Under the pieces are notes generated by a model. The model saw only the letters and a program-made list of their open reading frames with translations, searched no databases and was not told the DNA's origin. From positions 425-64,424 of the forward strand of contig JAGVYC010000014.1 of assembly GCA_018303485.1 (NCBI GenBank): 64,000 bases of DNA, read 5' to 3'. The position numbers and the translations under genes are program-made. Below are positions 31,571 through 40,248 of the stretch, in pieces. This DNA is from Candidatus Woesearchaeota archaeon (lineage in GTDB: Archaea > Nanobdellota > Nanobdellia > SCGC-AAA011-G17 > JACPNG01). The first letter of the stretch is position 1, and each line of letters opens with the position of its first letter.

Positions 31571-31590
31571 TTATGCGGTATAACGCATAA
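31571..31590. promoter_or_regulatory. Palindromic operator-like site TTATGCG-N6-CGCATAA
   Basis: Perfect 7-bp inverted repeat between the divergent wHTH gene and argS. Confidence 0.5.
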
Positions 31591-31633
31591 AACAAAAAGA
31601 AGGCTTAAATACAAAAACCAATACTAAATCTGC

Positions 31634-33295
31634 ATGTTCGAAAAAGAAATAATACGACTTTTAAAAAAAGAGACAAAACAAAAAAATATAACATTGGAAA
31701 TACCACCAAATCCAGATCTTGGAGATTTTGCATTCCCATGCTTTATTCTGGCAAAACAGCATCAAAAAAACCCTAATGAAATAGCCTTAGAGCTTTCTAT
31801 GAAAATAAAGCCAACAGAGCTATTAGAAGCAATTGTGCCAAAAGGCCCATACTTAAATTTCTTCTTAAATAGATCAAAACTCTCAGAATTAACATTAAAA
31901 TCAATATTAAAAGAAAAAGACAAGTACGGCTCTTATTTAGTGGGAAAAGGAAAAACAGCGTTAATAGAACATACAAGCATTAACCCAAATGCTGCCCCAC
32001 ATGTGGGCAGAGCCAGAAACGCAATAATAGGTGATTCTATAACGAGGTTGCTTAAATTTCAAGGTTATAAAACAGAAGTGCATTATTTTGTTAATGATGT
32101 AGGCAAGCAAATAGCAATTCTTGTCCTAGGTATCGGCAGCAAAAAACCAGAGTTTAAAAAACTCCTTAATATTTATTCAAAAACGTACAATAAAATAAGA
32201 AAAAGCAAAAAATTAGAGCAACAGGCATTCATTTTATTAAAAAAGTTTGAAGAAGGCGATAAAGAAACTATTAAAAGATTCAATCATGTAGTTGATATCT
32301 GCATTAAAGGCCAGATAGAGACATTATCGAAATTAAATGTAAAATATGATGTATTCGATTATGAATCAAAATACTTATTTGATAAGAAAATAAAAGAGAT
32401 TTTAGCTAAATTAGAAAAAACAAACCAGCTTATAACGGATAAAGATAATAGAAAAGTACTCAATTTATCTAGCTTTAATTTGCCAACAAAAGAGCCATAT
32501 TTTGTATTAACAAGGAGCGACAATACTTCTTTATACAGTTTAAGAGATATAGCTTATACATTAGATAAGATAAAGAAATCTAAAACAAAAAACATCATTG
32601 TTCTTGGAGAGGATCAAAAGCTGTATTTTCAGCAGATAAAAGCCGCATTATCATTATTAAAACAGCAAGCTCCCCAAGTAATTCATTATTCGCATATACT
32701 GCTTGCCGGAGGCAATAAAATGTCAACAAGGACAGGAGATGTAGTTTTGCTAGAAGATTTTATTAAAGAAGCAGTAAAGAAGGCAGAAAACGAGCTTAAA
32801 AAAAGGAAATCAAGGAATATTAAAAAAATAGCCTCAGTAATAGGTATAGGTGCTGTTAAATATTCCATACTGAAGGTTTCCCCTGATAAAAACATAGTCT
32901 TTGATTGGGATTCAGCATTATCCTTTGAAGGTGATACATCTCAGTATATACAATATGTCTATGCAAGAGCCTCTTCAATATTAAAAAAAGCAAAAATAAA
33001 TCATAGTAATCCAAATTACCTTATGATTTCATTACCAGAGGAAATAAATCTAATAAACAAGCTTTACAAGTTTCCAGAAACAGTATACAAGGCCACAATA
33101 GAACTAAAGCCTTATATAATAGCAAATTACTTGTATCAATTAGCCCAGATATTTAATGATTTTTACCATAAATGTCAATGTATTTCTGAAGATAGAGAAT
33201 TAACAAAAACACGTTTAGCAATTGTTGCAGCAACAAGGCATGTTATCAAAAATGGTTTGAATATTTTAGGTATAGATGTTACAGAAAAAATGTAA
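31634..33295 (+). CDS. argS: Arginyl-tRNA synthetase
   Basis: GDFAFPCF, EHTSINPNAAPHVGRARN, KMSTRTG, FEGDT.YIQYVYAR, C-terminal EKM. Confidence 0.96.
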   Translation: MFEKEIIRLLKKETKQKNITLEIPPNPDLGDFAFPCFILAKQHQKNPNEIALELSMKIKPTELLEAIVPKGPYLNFFLNRSKLSELTLKSILKEKDKYGSYLVGKGKTALIEHTSINPNAAPHVGRARNAIIGDSITRLLKFQGYKTEVHYFVNDVGKQIAILVLGIGSKKPEFKKLLNIYSKTYNKIRKSKKLEQQAFILLKKFEEGDKETIKRFNHVVDICIKGQIETLSKLNVKYDVFDYESKYLFDKKIKEILAKLEKTNQLITDKDNRKVLNLSSFNLPTKEPYFVLTRSDNTSLYSLRDIAYTLDKIKKSKTKNIIVLGEDQKLYFQQIKAALSLLKQQAPQVIHYSHILLAGGNKMSTRTGDVVLLEDFIKEAVKKAENELKKRKSRNIKKIASVIGIGAVKYSILKVSPDKNIVFDWDSALSFEGDTSQYIQYVYARASSILKKAKINHSNPNYLMISLPEEINLINKLYKFPETVYKATIELKPYIIANYLYQLAQIFNDFYHKCQCISEDRELTKTRLAIVAATRHVIKNGLNILGIDVTEKM

Positions 33296-33341
33296 ATTCC
33301 AACACAATAACCTTTAAATAACCCTCCAATATAGCAATTAA

Positions 33342-33776
33342 ATGCCAATAATAAGTTTTAATTATGGTAAAATGTTAATAGAAAAGAAAAAAGACCAAAT
33401 AAAAGGGGATGTAAAAGTAAAAAACGATCTGGTTTTACAATCTTTGACATTAACAGACATAGATATTGGAAAGAAAAAACAAGAGGTAATAAAGTTAAAT
33501 TTTGAATTCCTTACAGAATACCAACCAGGTCTCGGTAATATAAGCATTGGTGGTACAATATTATTTTTAGAATCTGCAGATAATATAAAATTGATAACTG
33601 ATATGTGGAAAAAAGAGAAAAAAATACCTCAGCAGTTCGCTGCCAATATTATAAATGTTATTCTTACAAAATCAAATATTAAGGCATTAGAATTGTCTCA
33701 ATCGGTCAATCTCCCGCCTCATATCCGTTTGCCAATGATACTTCCTAAACAGGATTTTAAGAATTATATAGGCTAA
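33342..33776 (+). CDS. Conserved archaeal hypothetical protein
   Basis: 144 aa; FEF.TEY.P..G.I.I.G and C-terminal NLPPHIRLP pattern. Confidence 0.7.
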   Translation: MPIISFNYGKMLIEKKKDQIKGDVKVKNDLVLQSLTLTDIDIGKKKQEVIKLNFEFLTEYQPGLGNISIGGTILFLESADNIKLITDMWKKEKKIPQQFAANIINVILTKSNIKALELSQSVNLPPHIRLPMILPKQDFKNYIG

Positions 33777-33780
33777 TTGT

Positions 33781-33825
33781 TCATTCATTCACATCTTATG
33801 CACACTCTGTGCACACTCTGTGCAC
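33781..33825 (+). repeat. Upstream repeats TCATTCATTCA and (TGCACACTCTG)x2+TGCAC
   Basis: Read directly: 33781-33791 and 33799-33825. Confidence 0.8.
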
Positions 33826-33854
33826 GTAATGCAGTTATAACCTTATTACTTAAA

Positions 33855-34415
33855 ATGGGCAATGACTTAAAAAACCTAAAGAATGACTTAAAAGTCTCTT
33901 TTTCTAAGGCAAAAGAACATATAATCTCTCTAGAAAGCCAGATTATCGAGCTAAAGTATCAGATTTTAGAGATAAAATCCCTTCTTAATGACTTGAAACC
34001 AACAAAAACACCACATTCACTATTTCCATCAGAAGTAAGTTCCAAAGGAAATGAAGGGGTTCATTCATTCATTCATTCAGTTATTCATTCAAACATTCAC
34101 ACATCAAACACACAAGATTTGTTAAAAACTATGACAAAACAAGAGGTATTAGTTCTATTAACAATAGCTCAATTAGAAGAAGAATTGCATAATATAACTT
34201 ACCCAGATATAGCTAATAAATTAAAACTCTCACAAGGATGTATCAGGAGCTATATTACTTCGTTAATCCGCAAAAATGCACCCATATACAAAGAAAAATA
34301 CAATAATAAAATAACAATCATCAAAACAAACCCTCATTTTAAGTCAATAAACAAGCAAGTTTTAATTGATGCATTCTATAAAGTAGATACTCATCAGAAG
34401 AGGCTATTCGAATGA
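33855..34415 (+). CDS. Coiled-coil + C-terminal winged-helix protein (gene A)
   Basis: ATG 33855; LKVSFSKAKE coiled coil, low-complexity linker, MTKQEVLVLLTI...YPDIANKLKLSQGCIRSYITSLIRK HTH. Confidence 0.8.
   Translation: MGNDLKNLKNDLKVSFSKAKEHIISLESQIIELKYQILEIKSLLNDLKPTKTPHSLFPSEVSSKGNEGVHSFIHSVIHSNIHTSNTQDLLKTMTKQEVLVLLTIAQLEEELHNITYPDIANKLKLSQGCIRSYITSLIRKNAPIYKEKYNNKITIIKTNPHFKSINKQVLIDAFYKVDTHQKRLFE
34039..34060 (+). promoter_or_regulatory. Intragenic ORB-like element
   Basis: GTTCCAAAGGAAATGAAGGGGT vs oriC GTTCCATAGGAAAT (13/14) plus G-string. Confidence 0.65.
34061..34110 (+). repeat. (TCAT)n array with TCAAACA copies directly after the intragenic ORB
   Basis: TCATTCATTCATTCATTCAGTTATTCATTCAAACATTCACACATCAAACA. 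Confidence 0.8.
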
Positions 34416-35033
34416 ACTCTCATTTTTAGCACGTTTAACCAGTATAGCACGTTCTTTTAATATCTCATTTTTCCTTTGTTCATCAATAAAGAATCTTTTT
34501 TTGCCAGTTCTTTCAATATATTCACATACTAAACTCTCATTTTTTTGTTTTATATTATTCATTTGTCCTCTAATTGTAGAACTATCTCTTCCAATCATAA
34601 CACTTAGATCTTCATAGCTAAGTTTTATATTAGTATTAAGTAATATATTCATTATAACCCTTTCCATGGGCGTTAAATTTTTAGTCCATTTATCCCCTAA
34701 TCTATCTGTTTGGACAATCATCACGTTCTGTTTCAAACGGACATCTGTCTGTTTATGTCCAAACGGCTGTTCAAACATATGCCCAATTGCAGTATTTTGT
34801 TTAAAATTAACCAACATATCACTAAATACACCTTCTAAATCATCAATACGTTTTTCTATTATAGCTATTTTTTTATCTTTTACGTCATGGTTCTCATTTA
34901 ATTTATTAAACATATTAATTAAATTTGTAATATCTGTTTTTACATTCGAAAAAGATTTATGCAGAGAAGAATTAATATTTCCTATTTTTTCACCATAATC
35001 ACTATAATCTCTTTTTTTTAACCACCAAAACAT
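34404..35033 (-). CDS. Coiled-coil + C-terminal winged-helix protein (gene B)
   Basis: LHKSFSNVKTD coiled coil; LTPMERVIMNILL...LSYEDLSVMIGRDSSTIRGQMNNIK HTH. Confidence 0.8.
   Translation of the reverse strand: MFWWLKKRDYSDYGEKIGNINSSLHKSFSNVKTDITNLINMFNKLNENHDVKDKKIAIIEKRIDDLEGVFSDMLVNFKQNTAIGHMFEQPFGHKQTDVRLKQNVMIVQTDRLGDKWTKNLTPMERVIMNILLNTNIKLSYEDLSVMIGRDSSTIRGQMNNIKQKNESLVCEYIERTGKKRFFIDEQRKNEILKERAILVKRAKNESSFE
34707..34786. repeat. Intragenic mixed-orientation repeats TGTYCAAAC(A/G) and AAAC(A/G)GACA
   Basis: TGTTTGGACA 34707, TTTCAAACGGACA 34731, TGTCTGTTT 34746, TGTCCAAACG 34756, TGTTCAAACA 34768. Confidence 0.7.
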
Positions 35034-35185
35034 AAATATTTACAACATAAACTCTTTAATAAACTTTATGCTTTTCTCACTAAAACTATATTAATTCAAA
35101 CAAACAACTATATTTACATCTAAATAGAAAAGTAAATAAATAACATTTCACTTAAAAAATTAAATATAATTAAAAAAAGATTAGT

Positions 35186-35950
35186 ATGAATGAATTCAAA
35201 TATAAAGAAAAAACATATTTAATTGATTCTTCAAAGAAGGTGCCAACATATGGCGATTTTGATGAAACAACAAATACGATTTATGTAGATAAAAACTCAC
35301 CGGGAATACTGCATGAAGGCATAGCAGTTCATGAAATAGAAGAGCTAAACATACTTAAAAAAGGCCATAGCTATGTTTTCTCACATAATTACGCTCAAAG
35401 GAAGGAGTTAGTATTCTATCAATCTAAATATGGAAAAGAAGAAGGTTTTAACTTGTTACTTAGGGAAGAAGAGTTAGTTCTAAATTATAATGTTCCAAAT
35501 CTAAGGATAAGAAGAGTAAAACTGCAAAAAAACACAAATATGCCTCTAGTTGAGATAAAATTAGTTAAAGAAGCATATTATAATGGCAAGAAATATAAGC
35601 TAGACACATCACAAAAACTAATTCATGCATTATCAGACATTTATGAAACAAAAAACACCATATACATAGACAAAGATGTCCCAGAAAAATTCTATGAGGG
35701 CCTAATAGTCTATGAAATAGAGCTAAGAAATGTGCTAAAACAAGGCTTAGGATACCTTAAAGCAAGGATCGAGGCCCATATAAATGAGCTGTTGTTTTAC
35801 CAGTCTAAATATGGATATGATGCTGGTATGAAAATAATGGAAGAAGAAAGAGAATTACAAACACAAATGTTCGCAAAAGAAAAAGAAGCACTATCTCAAG
35901 AAAATGTTCATAAAATAATCTATGAAAAAAATGAGGTTTTACCTGCTTAA
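35186..35950 (+). CDS. Internally duplicated protein with zincin-like HExxE motif
   Basis: Two ~125-aa repeats (NTIYVDK/NTIYIDK; VHEIEE/VYEIEL; FYQSKYG twice). Confidence 0.7.
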   Translation: MNEFKYKEKTYLIDSSKKVPTYGDFDETTNTIYVDKNSPGILHEGIAVHEIEELNILKKGHSYVFSHNYAQRKELVFYQSKYGKEEGFNLLLREEELVLNYNVPNLRIRRVKLQKNTNMPLVEIKLVKEAYYNGKKYKLDTSQKLIHALSDIYETKNTIYIDKDVPEKFYEGLIVYEIELRNVLKQGLGYLKARIEAHINELLFYQSKYGYDAGMKIMEEERELQTQMFAKEKEALSQENVHKIIYEKNEVLPA

Positions 35951-36066
35951 AACATTCAATTAATTCTAAGATTATTTATTTAAAGATATTCTAATCATTG
36001 ATAAAAATATTTAATCTAGAATTTATAACACAAATTTTATTAATAACCAACATACCTTAATTACAA

Positions 36067-36269
36067 ATGGTTGCTGTAAAAAAACACACTTTAGAAGAAA
36101 AAACAGAACATATGGTATATACTTTTTCAGGTACATTTAAAGATTTCAAATTAGGCGAACTTCCATTTGGAGGCTATTTTTTATATGAATCAAGAGGCCC
36201 ACAGATAGTTATATAGAAGGAGTATTAGTTGATCGCAGAGGTCGTTCTAAAATAATCAGGCAATTTTAA
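36067..36269 (+). pseudogene. Possible small frameshifted gene remnant
   Basis: 49-aa ORF to 36216; -1 frame continues YIEGVLVDRRGRSKIIRQF to 36269. Confidence 0.3.
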
Positions 36270-36452
36270 AGTTCTGTAGTAAATTATATTTTCTTAAAGA
36301 AGATACTTCATCTTATTGGGCGCCTATAAGCCACAATAAACAGGAATTTTAAGTATAATATAGTTCTTAAAATATATAATCATTGATTGTATAATCTATT
36401 TTAACATATAATTTTATCAATTATTAAAGTATTTAAGCTAAAATACCTATAA

Positions 36453-36480
36453 AGTTCGCACAAGATATATTGTTGCTACT
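36453..36480. other. dif-like Xer recombination site
   Basis: AGTTCGCACAA-GATATA-TTGTTGCTACT, 11-6-11 imperfect inverted repeat, ~50 bp upstream of xerA. Confidence 0.65.
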
Positions 36481-36527
36481 TTAAGATTTGGAGTATAATT
36501 TATAAATATGTTCGCACAATCTGGCAT

Positions 36528-37391
36528 ATGGAAAAAATGGAATTTTTGAAAAGGCTTGAAACAGAATTGAAAATTTCTAAGAACTCACCCTATACAATCA
36601 GAAACTATCTTAGTGCAAATTCTAAGCTTTTAGACTTTATCAAAAAGAACCCGGAAGATATTGGTCAAGAAGATGTAAAGCTCTTTATGGCAGAGAATCT
36701 TACAAATAAATCTGCCATATCAAACATTTTATTTTTATCTGCAGTAAAATATTCCTATATCAATATCCTACATAAAGATCCCACTGCAGGGATTAAACGT
36801 CCAAAAAAAGAGAAGAGAATCCCTATTGTTTTAAACAAAGAGGAGATACAAAAGCTTTTAAACACCATACCAAATCCCAAAACAAAACTCATGTTGAGTT
36901 TAATGTATGCATGCGGTCTTAGGGTTTCTGAACTAGTAAACTTAAAAATACTAGATCTAGATTTTATGGAAAAAATAGGCCAAGTTCGCCAAGCCAAAGG
37001 GAAGAAAGATAGGATTTTTAATATTCCATACGTTTTATATGACAAATTAAATGAGCAGGCAAAAAAACAAAAAGAAAACAATCAAGAGTATTTGTTCTCC
37101 GGCCCAAAAGGTAAGTTAAGCATAAGGAACATAGAAAAGATAACTAGGCTGGCAGCTAAATCATCAGGGATACAGCAAAAAGTTCACTGCCATACTTTTC
37201 GCCATAGTTTTGCAACACATTTACTTGAAAATGGCATAGACATAAGAATCATCCAGGAACTGCTAGGCCATTCGAATCTTGCTACAACAGAAATATATAC
37301 TCATGTATCAAATGAAAAAATAAAAAAAGTCATATCACCATTAGATGCGATTATGCAAAATAAAGAAAACATACAAAATGAAAAGGAATAA
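36528..37391 (+). CDS. xerA: XerA tyrosine recombinase
   Basis: SPYTIRNY, YACGLRVSEL, AKGKKDR, HCHTFRHSFATHLLE, IQELLGH, TTEIYTHVS (R-K-H-R-H-Y intact). Confidence 0.92.
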   Translation: MEKMEFLKRLETELKISKNSPYTIRNYLSANSKLLDFIKKNPEDIGQEDVKLFMAENLTNKSAISNILFLSAVKYSYINILHKDPTAGIKRPKKEKRIPIVLNKEEIQKLLNTIPNPKTKLMLSLMYACGLRVSELVNLKILDLDFMEKIGQVRQAKGKKDRIFNIPYVLYDKLNEQAKKQKENNQEYLFSGPKGKLSIRNIEKITRLAAKSSGIQQKVHCHTFRHSFATHLLENGIDIRIIQELLGHSNLATTEIYTHVSNEKIKKVISPLDAIMQNKENIQNEKE

Positions 37392-37510
37392 CAAGTTTAG
37401 AATTAAAATTTAGAAGGCATTATAGTAACATCATTTGTTGGTTGGATTAAGAAATAAAATATATTCTGCTCCAGATATAAGTTTATAAATTTAATTCTAC
37501 CAAGATTTTT

Positions 37511-38216
37511 GTGAAAAAAGAGAAGTTAAGTCTAATAGGAAAAATGTTATTGGCCTTGATGAATTCAACAACAGCTATCATATTAATGCTGCACATGGTA
37601 TCGATTTCCCAATGATATTTTGCAGTTACTTAGTCAAAGATTATGCTCGTTCTTGCTATTCAAATCAAATATACGGAAGAAAAGGCAAGGTTTTCACAAG
37701 TAATGGCAGGTCTCTTGAAGAAGTTGTAAAAAGAACAAGATTTTACACTGGCATAAGCAACTGCGTTATTTTTATACAACACTATCAAAAAAAGAACACC
37801 ATACAAATCCATTAATAAAAAAAGCAGAGGCATTTGCAGTTATAACACTTGATTTATTCATAAGGTATGGCTTATCCGAGCAAAACACAGTAATAGTAAT
37901 GGATAAAATGACAAAAAACAATTATTCAGAAGAAGTATATGCCATGTATCATGAATATCTCAGAATAGCTGGTTTGAATGTGCCAGTTAAAAATCAACTA
38001 AGGGCAGATCACCTTAATCCTGCTGTTAAAAAGGCAGACAGAATAGCCTTTTACATAGGTGCGCTTAAATTTAAAGGCAATGTGGCCAAATGGCCATTTC
38101 TAGAAAAAAGAATATATATAGCAAGGCTGCCAGAGCTTATTCTTCGCTTAAATCATCCAGAATTTTTTGAAGAAGATCACAATCATAGTCTAACCTCTAG
38201 TTTCGACATATCATGA
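37511..38216 (+). pseudogene. RNase HII-like (RNase H fold) gene broken by two -1 frameshifts
   Basis: GTG 37511 after TTTATAAA; joined frames read VIGLDE...FPMIFC...VIVMD...RADHLNPAVKKADRIA; covers ORFs 37612..37815 and 37899..38216. Confidence 0.55.
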
Positions 38217-38578
38217 AACCTGTTCATATAGTTATCAGCACTATTTATGCTCTTGAATCCCTTTAGCCTTTCTCTCAGCCTTTTCAATCCACCAATAATT
38301 CTTTCTTCAGTTTCGCCATCATCATTTTCATCAATAACAACATTCACAAAACCATCCAAAATATCATTAGAATTAACAACATATTTATTCTTGGCAGAAG
38401 TTTTAATATCTTTTAACATATTAGAGACAAATTTATCGACATCATCACCTGCCAAAAGAACTTTATCTATGCTTTTTAATAAACCGTTTTCTTCATACTG
38501 TATTAATAGCCTTAAATCATTCTTATGTACATCCGGCTTAGCCTCTATATTTTTAAACCGTAATAACACCCTTTGCAT
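38183..38578 (-). CDS. Hypothetical protein
   Basis: ATG 38578 with upstream TATA; 131 aa. Confidence 0.65.
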   Translation of the reverse strand: MQRVLLRFKNIEAKPDVHKNDLRLLIQYEENGLLKSIDKVLLAGDDVDKFVSNMLKDIKTSAKNKYVVNSNDILDGFVNVVIDENDDGETEERIIGGLKRLRERLKGFKSINSADNYMNRFHDMSKLEVRL

Positions 38579-38647
38579 GTGTTTTATGTATAAGAGCAAA
38601 TTTATAAATATTTTTAAATGGCAATATGTGAATTAATATCCTACAAT

Positions 38648-38722
38648 GGGCCCGTAGCTCAGGTCGGTTAGAGCAGCTCGCTCTTAACGAGAAGGTCGTG
38701 GGTTCAAATCCCATCAGGCCCA
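38648..38722 (+). tRNA. tRNA-Lys(CUU)
   Basis: Cloverleaf GGGCCCG...anticodon loop CT-CTT-AA...GGGTTCAAATCCC...CAGGCCCA; no intron, CCA not encoded. Confidence 0.93.
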
Positions 38723-38776
38723 AAAACAATAGAAAATCTTTTATACAGCAAATATAGGGTATATAGGGTAATTAGC

Positions 38777-39415
38777 ATGAAAAAATTAATAGTTTTATTT
38801 TTGCTCGTATTCTTAATATCATGTAGTGTAGAAAAACAAAGCTTGACAGAGCAACCAAATACTGAAAAAGTTGAACAACAATTACCATTACAAAAATCTG
38901 AACTAAAGACTAAATCTCCTTCAATGCCGTCTGAAAATTACTATAAATTCTATCTTGATAATGAATTGGATTTTAATGGCAACAAAATTAAACTGTTAGA
39001 TATCAACAATGAGGGCGAAACAACATTAGATATCAATAGCAATAAATGGATTATGTATGAAACAGATACAGAAGATATAGTATATGGCATGAAGGTAGTT
39101 GTTCAGGAGCTTAATTATGACTACATCAACAAAACAAAAATATACGCTGTAGTAACAGTTGAAAGATTTGAGCTAAAGCCAAATGAATATTTAATTAAAG
39201 ACAAGCAAACAATGACAACTATTAATGGCGCTAAAACAACATTAAAAAGGGTAAACTTTGACAAATCAATTATATTGGATTACAACAAGGAATTGTCATT
39301 AAGAATTTTAGAAGGATCAACATTGGAAACACAAGGCGTTAGCATAACAAATGTCAAAGCCTTTCCAAGGCCAATAACATCAGAATCTTATGCTTTGATA
39401 AAGGTAACACCTTAA
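38777..39415 (+). CDS. Putative lipoprotein / surface protein
   Basis: MKK + hydrophobic + LISC lipobox; beta-rich repeated domains. Confidence 0.7.
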   Translation: MKKLIVLFLLVFLISCSVEKQSLTEQPNTEKVEQQLPLQKSELKTKSPSMPSENYYKFYLDNELDFNGNKIKLLDINNEGETTLDINSNKWIMYETDTEDIVYGMKVVVQELNYDYINKTKIYAVVTVERFELKPNEYLIKDKQTMTTINGAKTTLKRVNFDKSIILDYNKELSLRILEGSTLETQGVSITNVKAFPRPITSESYALIKVTP

Positions 39416-39449
39416 CTTTTCTTTTAAAAACACCATTAAATTTGTTCTT

Positions 39450-39710
39450 TCACAATTCTTCTTTATAGGCTATCTGGTGTTTTGCAGTCTTTTCAAACAA
39501 GGCAATAGCCAATGCTACAATATCGCTTTGGTAATCCTTTAACCCCATATTTTCCACAATGTTTTTAGCACAGATTATGCATTCTGCCATAGCTCTTGCA
39601 TTCTCATCAAAAGCATATTCTTCAGCAGCAAGTTCTTCGTCTTCTGTTAAAGAAACCTCTTTCCATATTTTTGCGCCATTATTTTTTGGAAAACTTTTTG
39701 TAAATACCAT
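39450..39710 (-). CDS. Hypothetical protein
   Basis: 86 aa ORF. Confidence 0.6.
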   Translation of the reverse strand: MVFTKSFPKNNGAKIWKEVSLTEDEELAAEEYAFDENARAMAECIICAKNIVENMGLKDYQSDIVALAIALFEKTAKHQIAYKEEL

Positions 39711-39794
39711 CAGTAGGATAAATGAATTTGGATTTATATTGCCTTGGTATAGAATAATAAAAAAATTAAGAAAAAAGATGGAAATCTTCCACCA

Positions 39795-40067
39795 TTATAA
39801 TAAATTTTTTATCCTTTCAATATATTCAGCAACTTTATTGCCGTTTTCTGTCAATTTTATCACCTTAATTCTGCCTTGCTTTTCAAAATCAACTAATTTT
39901 GCTTTTTCCATTTCTTGCAGAATCTTTACGGCATGCGAATATGTGCAATCAACTTCTTTGGCTAAAATACTGCCATATCTAAATCTTGTATTCTTTCTTA
40001 GAGCTATTAATATCATAGCTGGTTTTCTTCTAAAAAATACCTCAAATATATCTTTTTTTCTAGACAT
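39795..40067 (-). CDS. Winged-helix (MarR-like) DNA-binding protein
   Basis: YGSILAKEVDCTYSHAVKIL...GRIKVIKLTENG; GGTGA-type RBS before ATG 40067. Confidence 0.85.
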   Translation of the reverse strand: MSRKKDIFEVFFRRKPAMILIALRKNTRFRYGSILAKEVDCTYSHAVKILQEMEKAKLVDFEKQGRIKVIKLTENGNKVAEYIERIKNLL

Positions 40068-40248
40068 TCTGCCCCCTATCACCACTATAATTCATATTAT
40101 TATATCACCAATATTTAAATGTTTGGATTAGATTATATATTTTCAATACTATATCATAAAAACACATAAAAAGCTTTCTTTTGTTACTAATCTATAACAA
40201 AACACTTTAGAAAAGGTTATAAAAAACGCAAAAATCTAATTTATTGAA

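Noticed and set aside
33777-33854. TTG-started extension of gene A (MFIHSHLMHTLCTLCA)
   Set aside because: It is translated repeat DNA; ATG 33855 is the more plausible start.
33781-34786. CRISPR array from the short repeats
   Set aside because: Units are 4-11 bp with no regular spacers; no cas genes in the window.
35186-38722. Provirus or integrative element using xerA as integrase at tRNA-Lys
   Set aside because: No duplicated tRNA end (att) and no viral or conjugation genes seen; the recombinase looks like chromosomal XerA.
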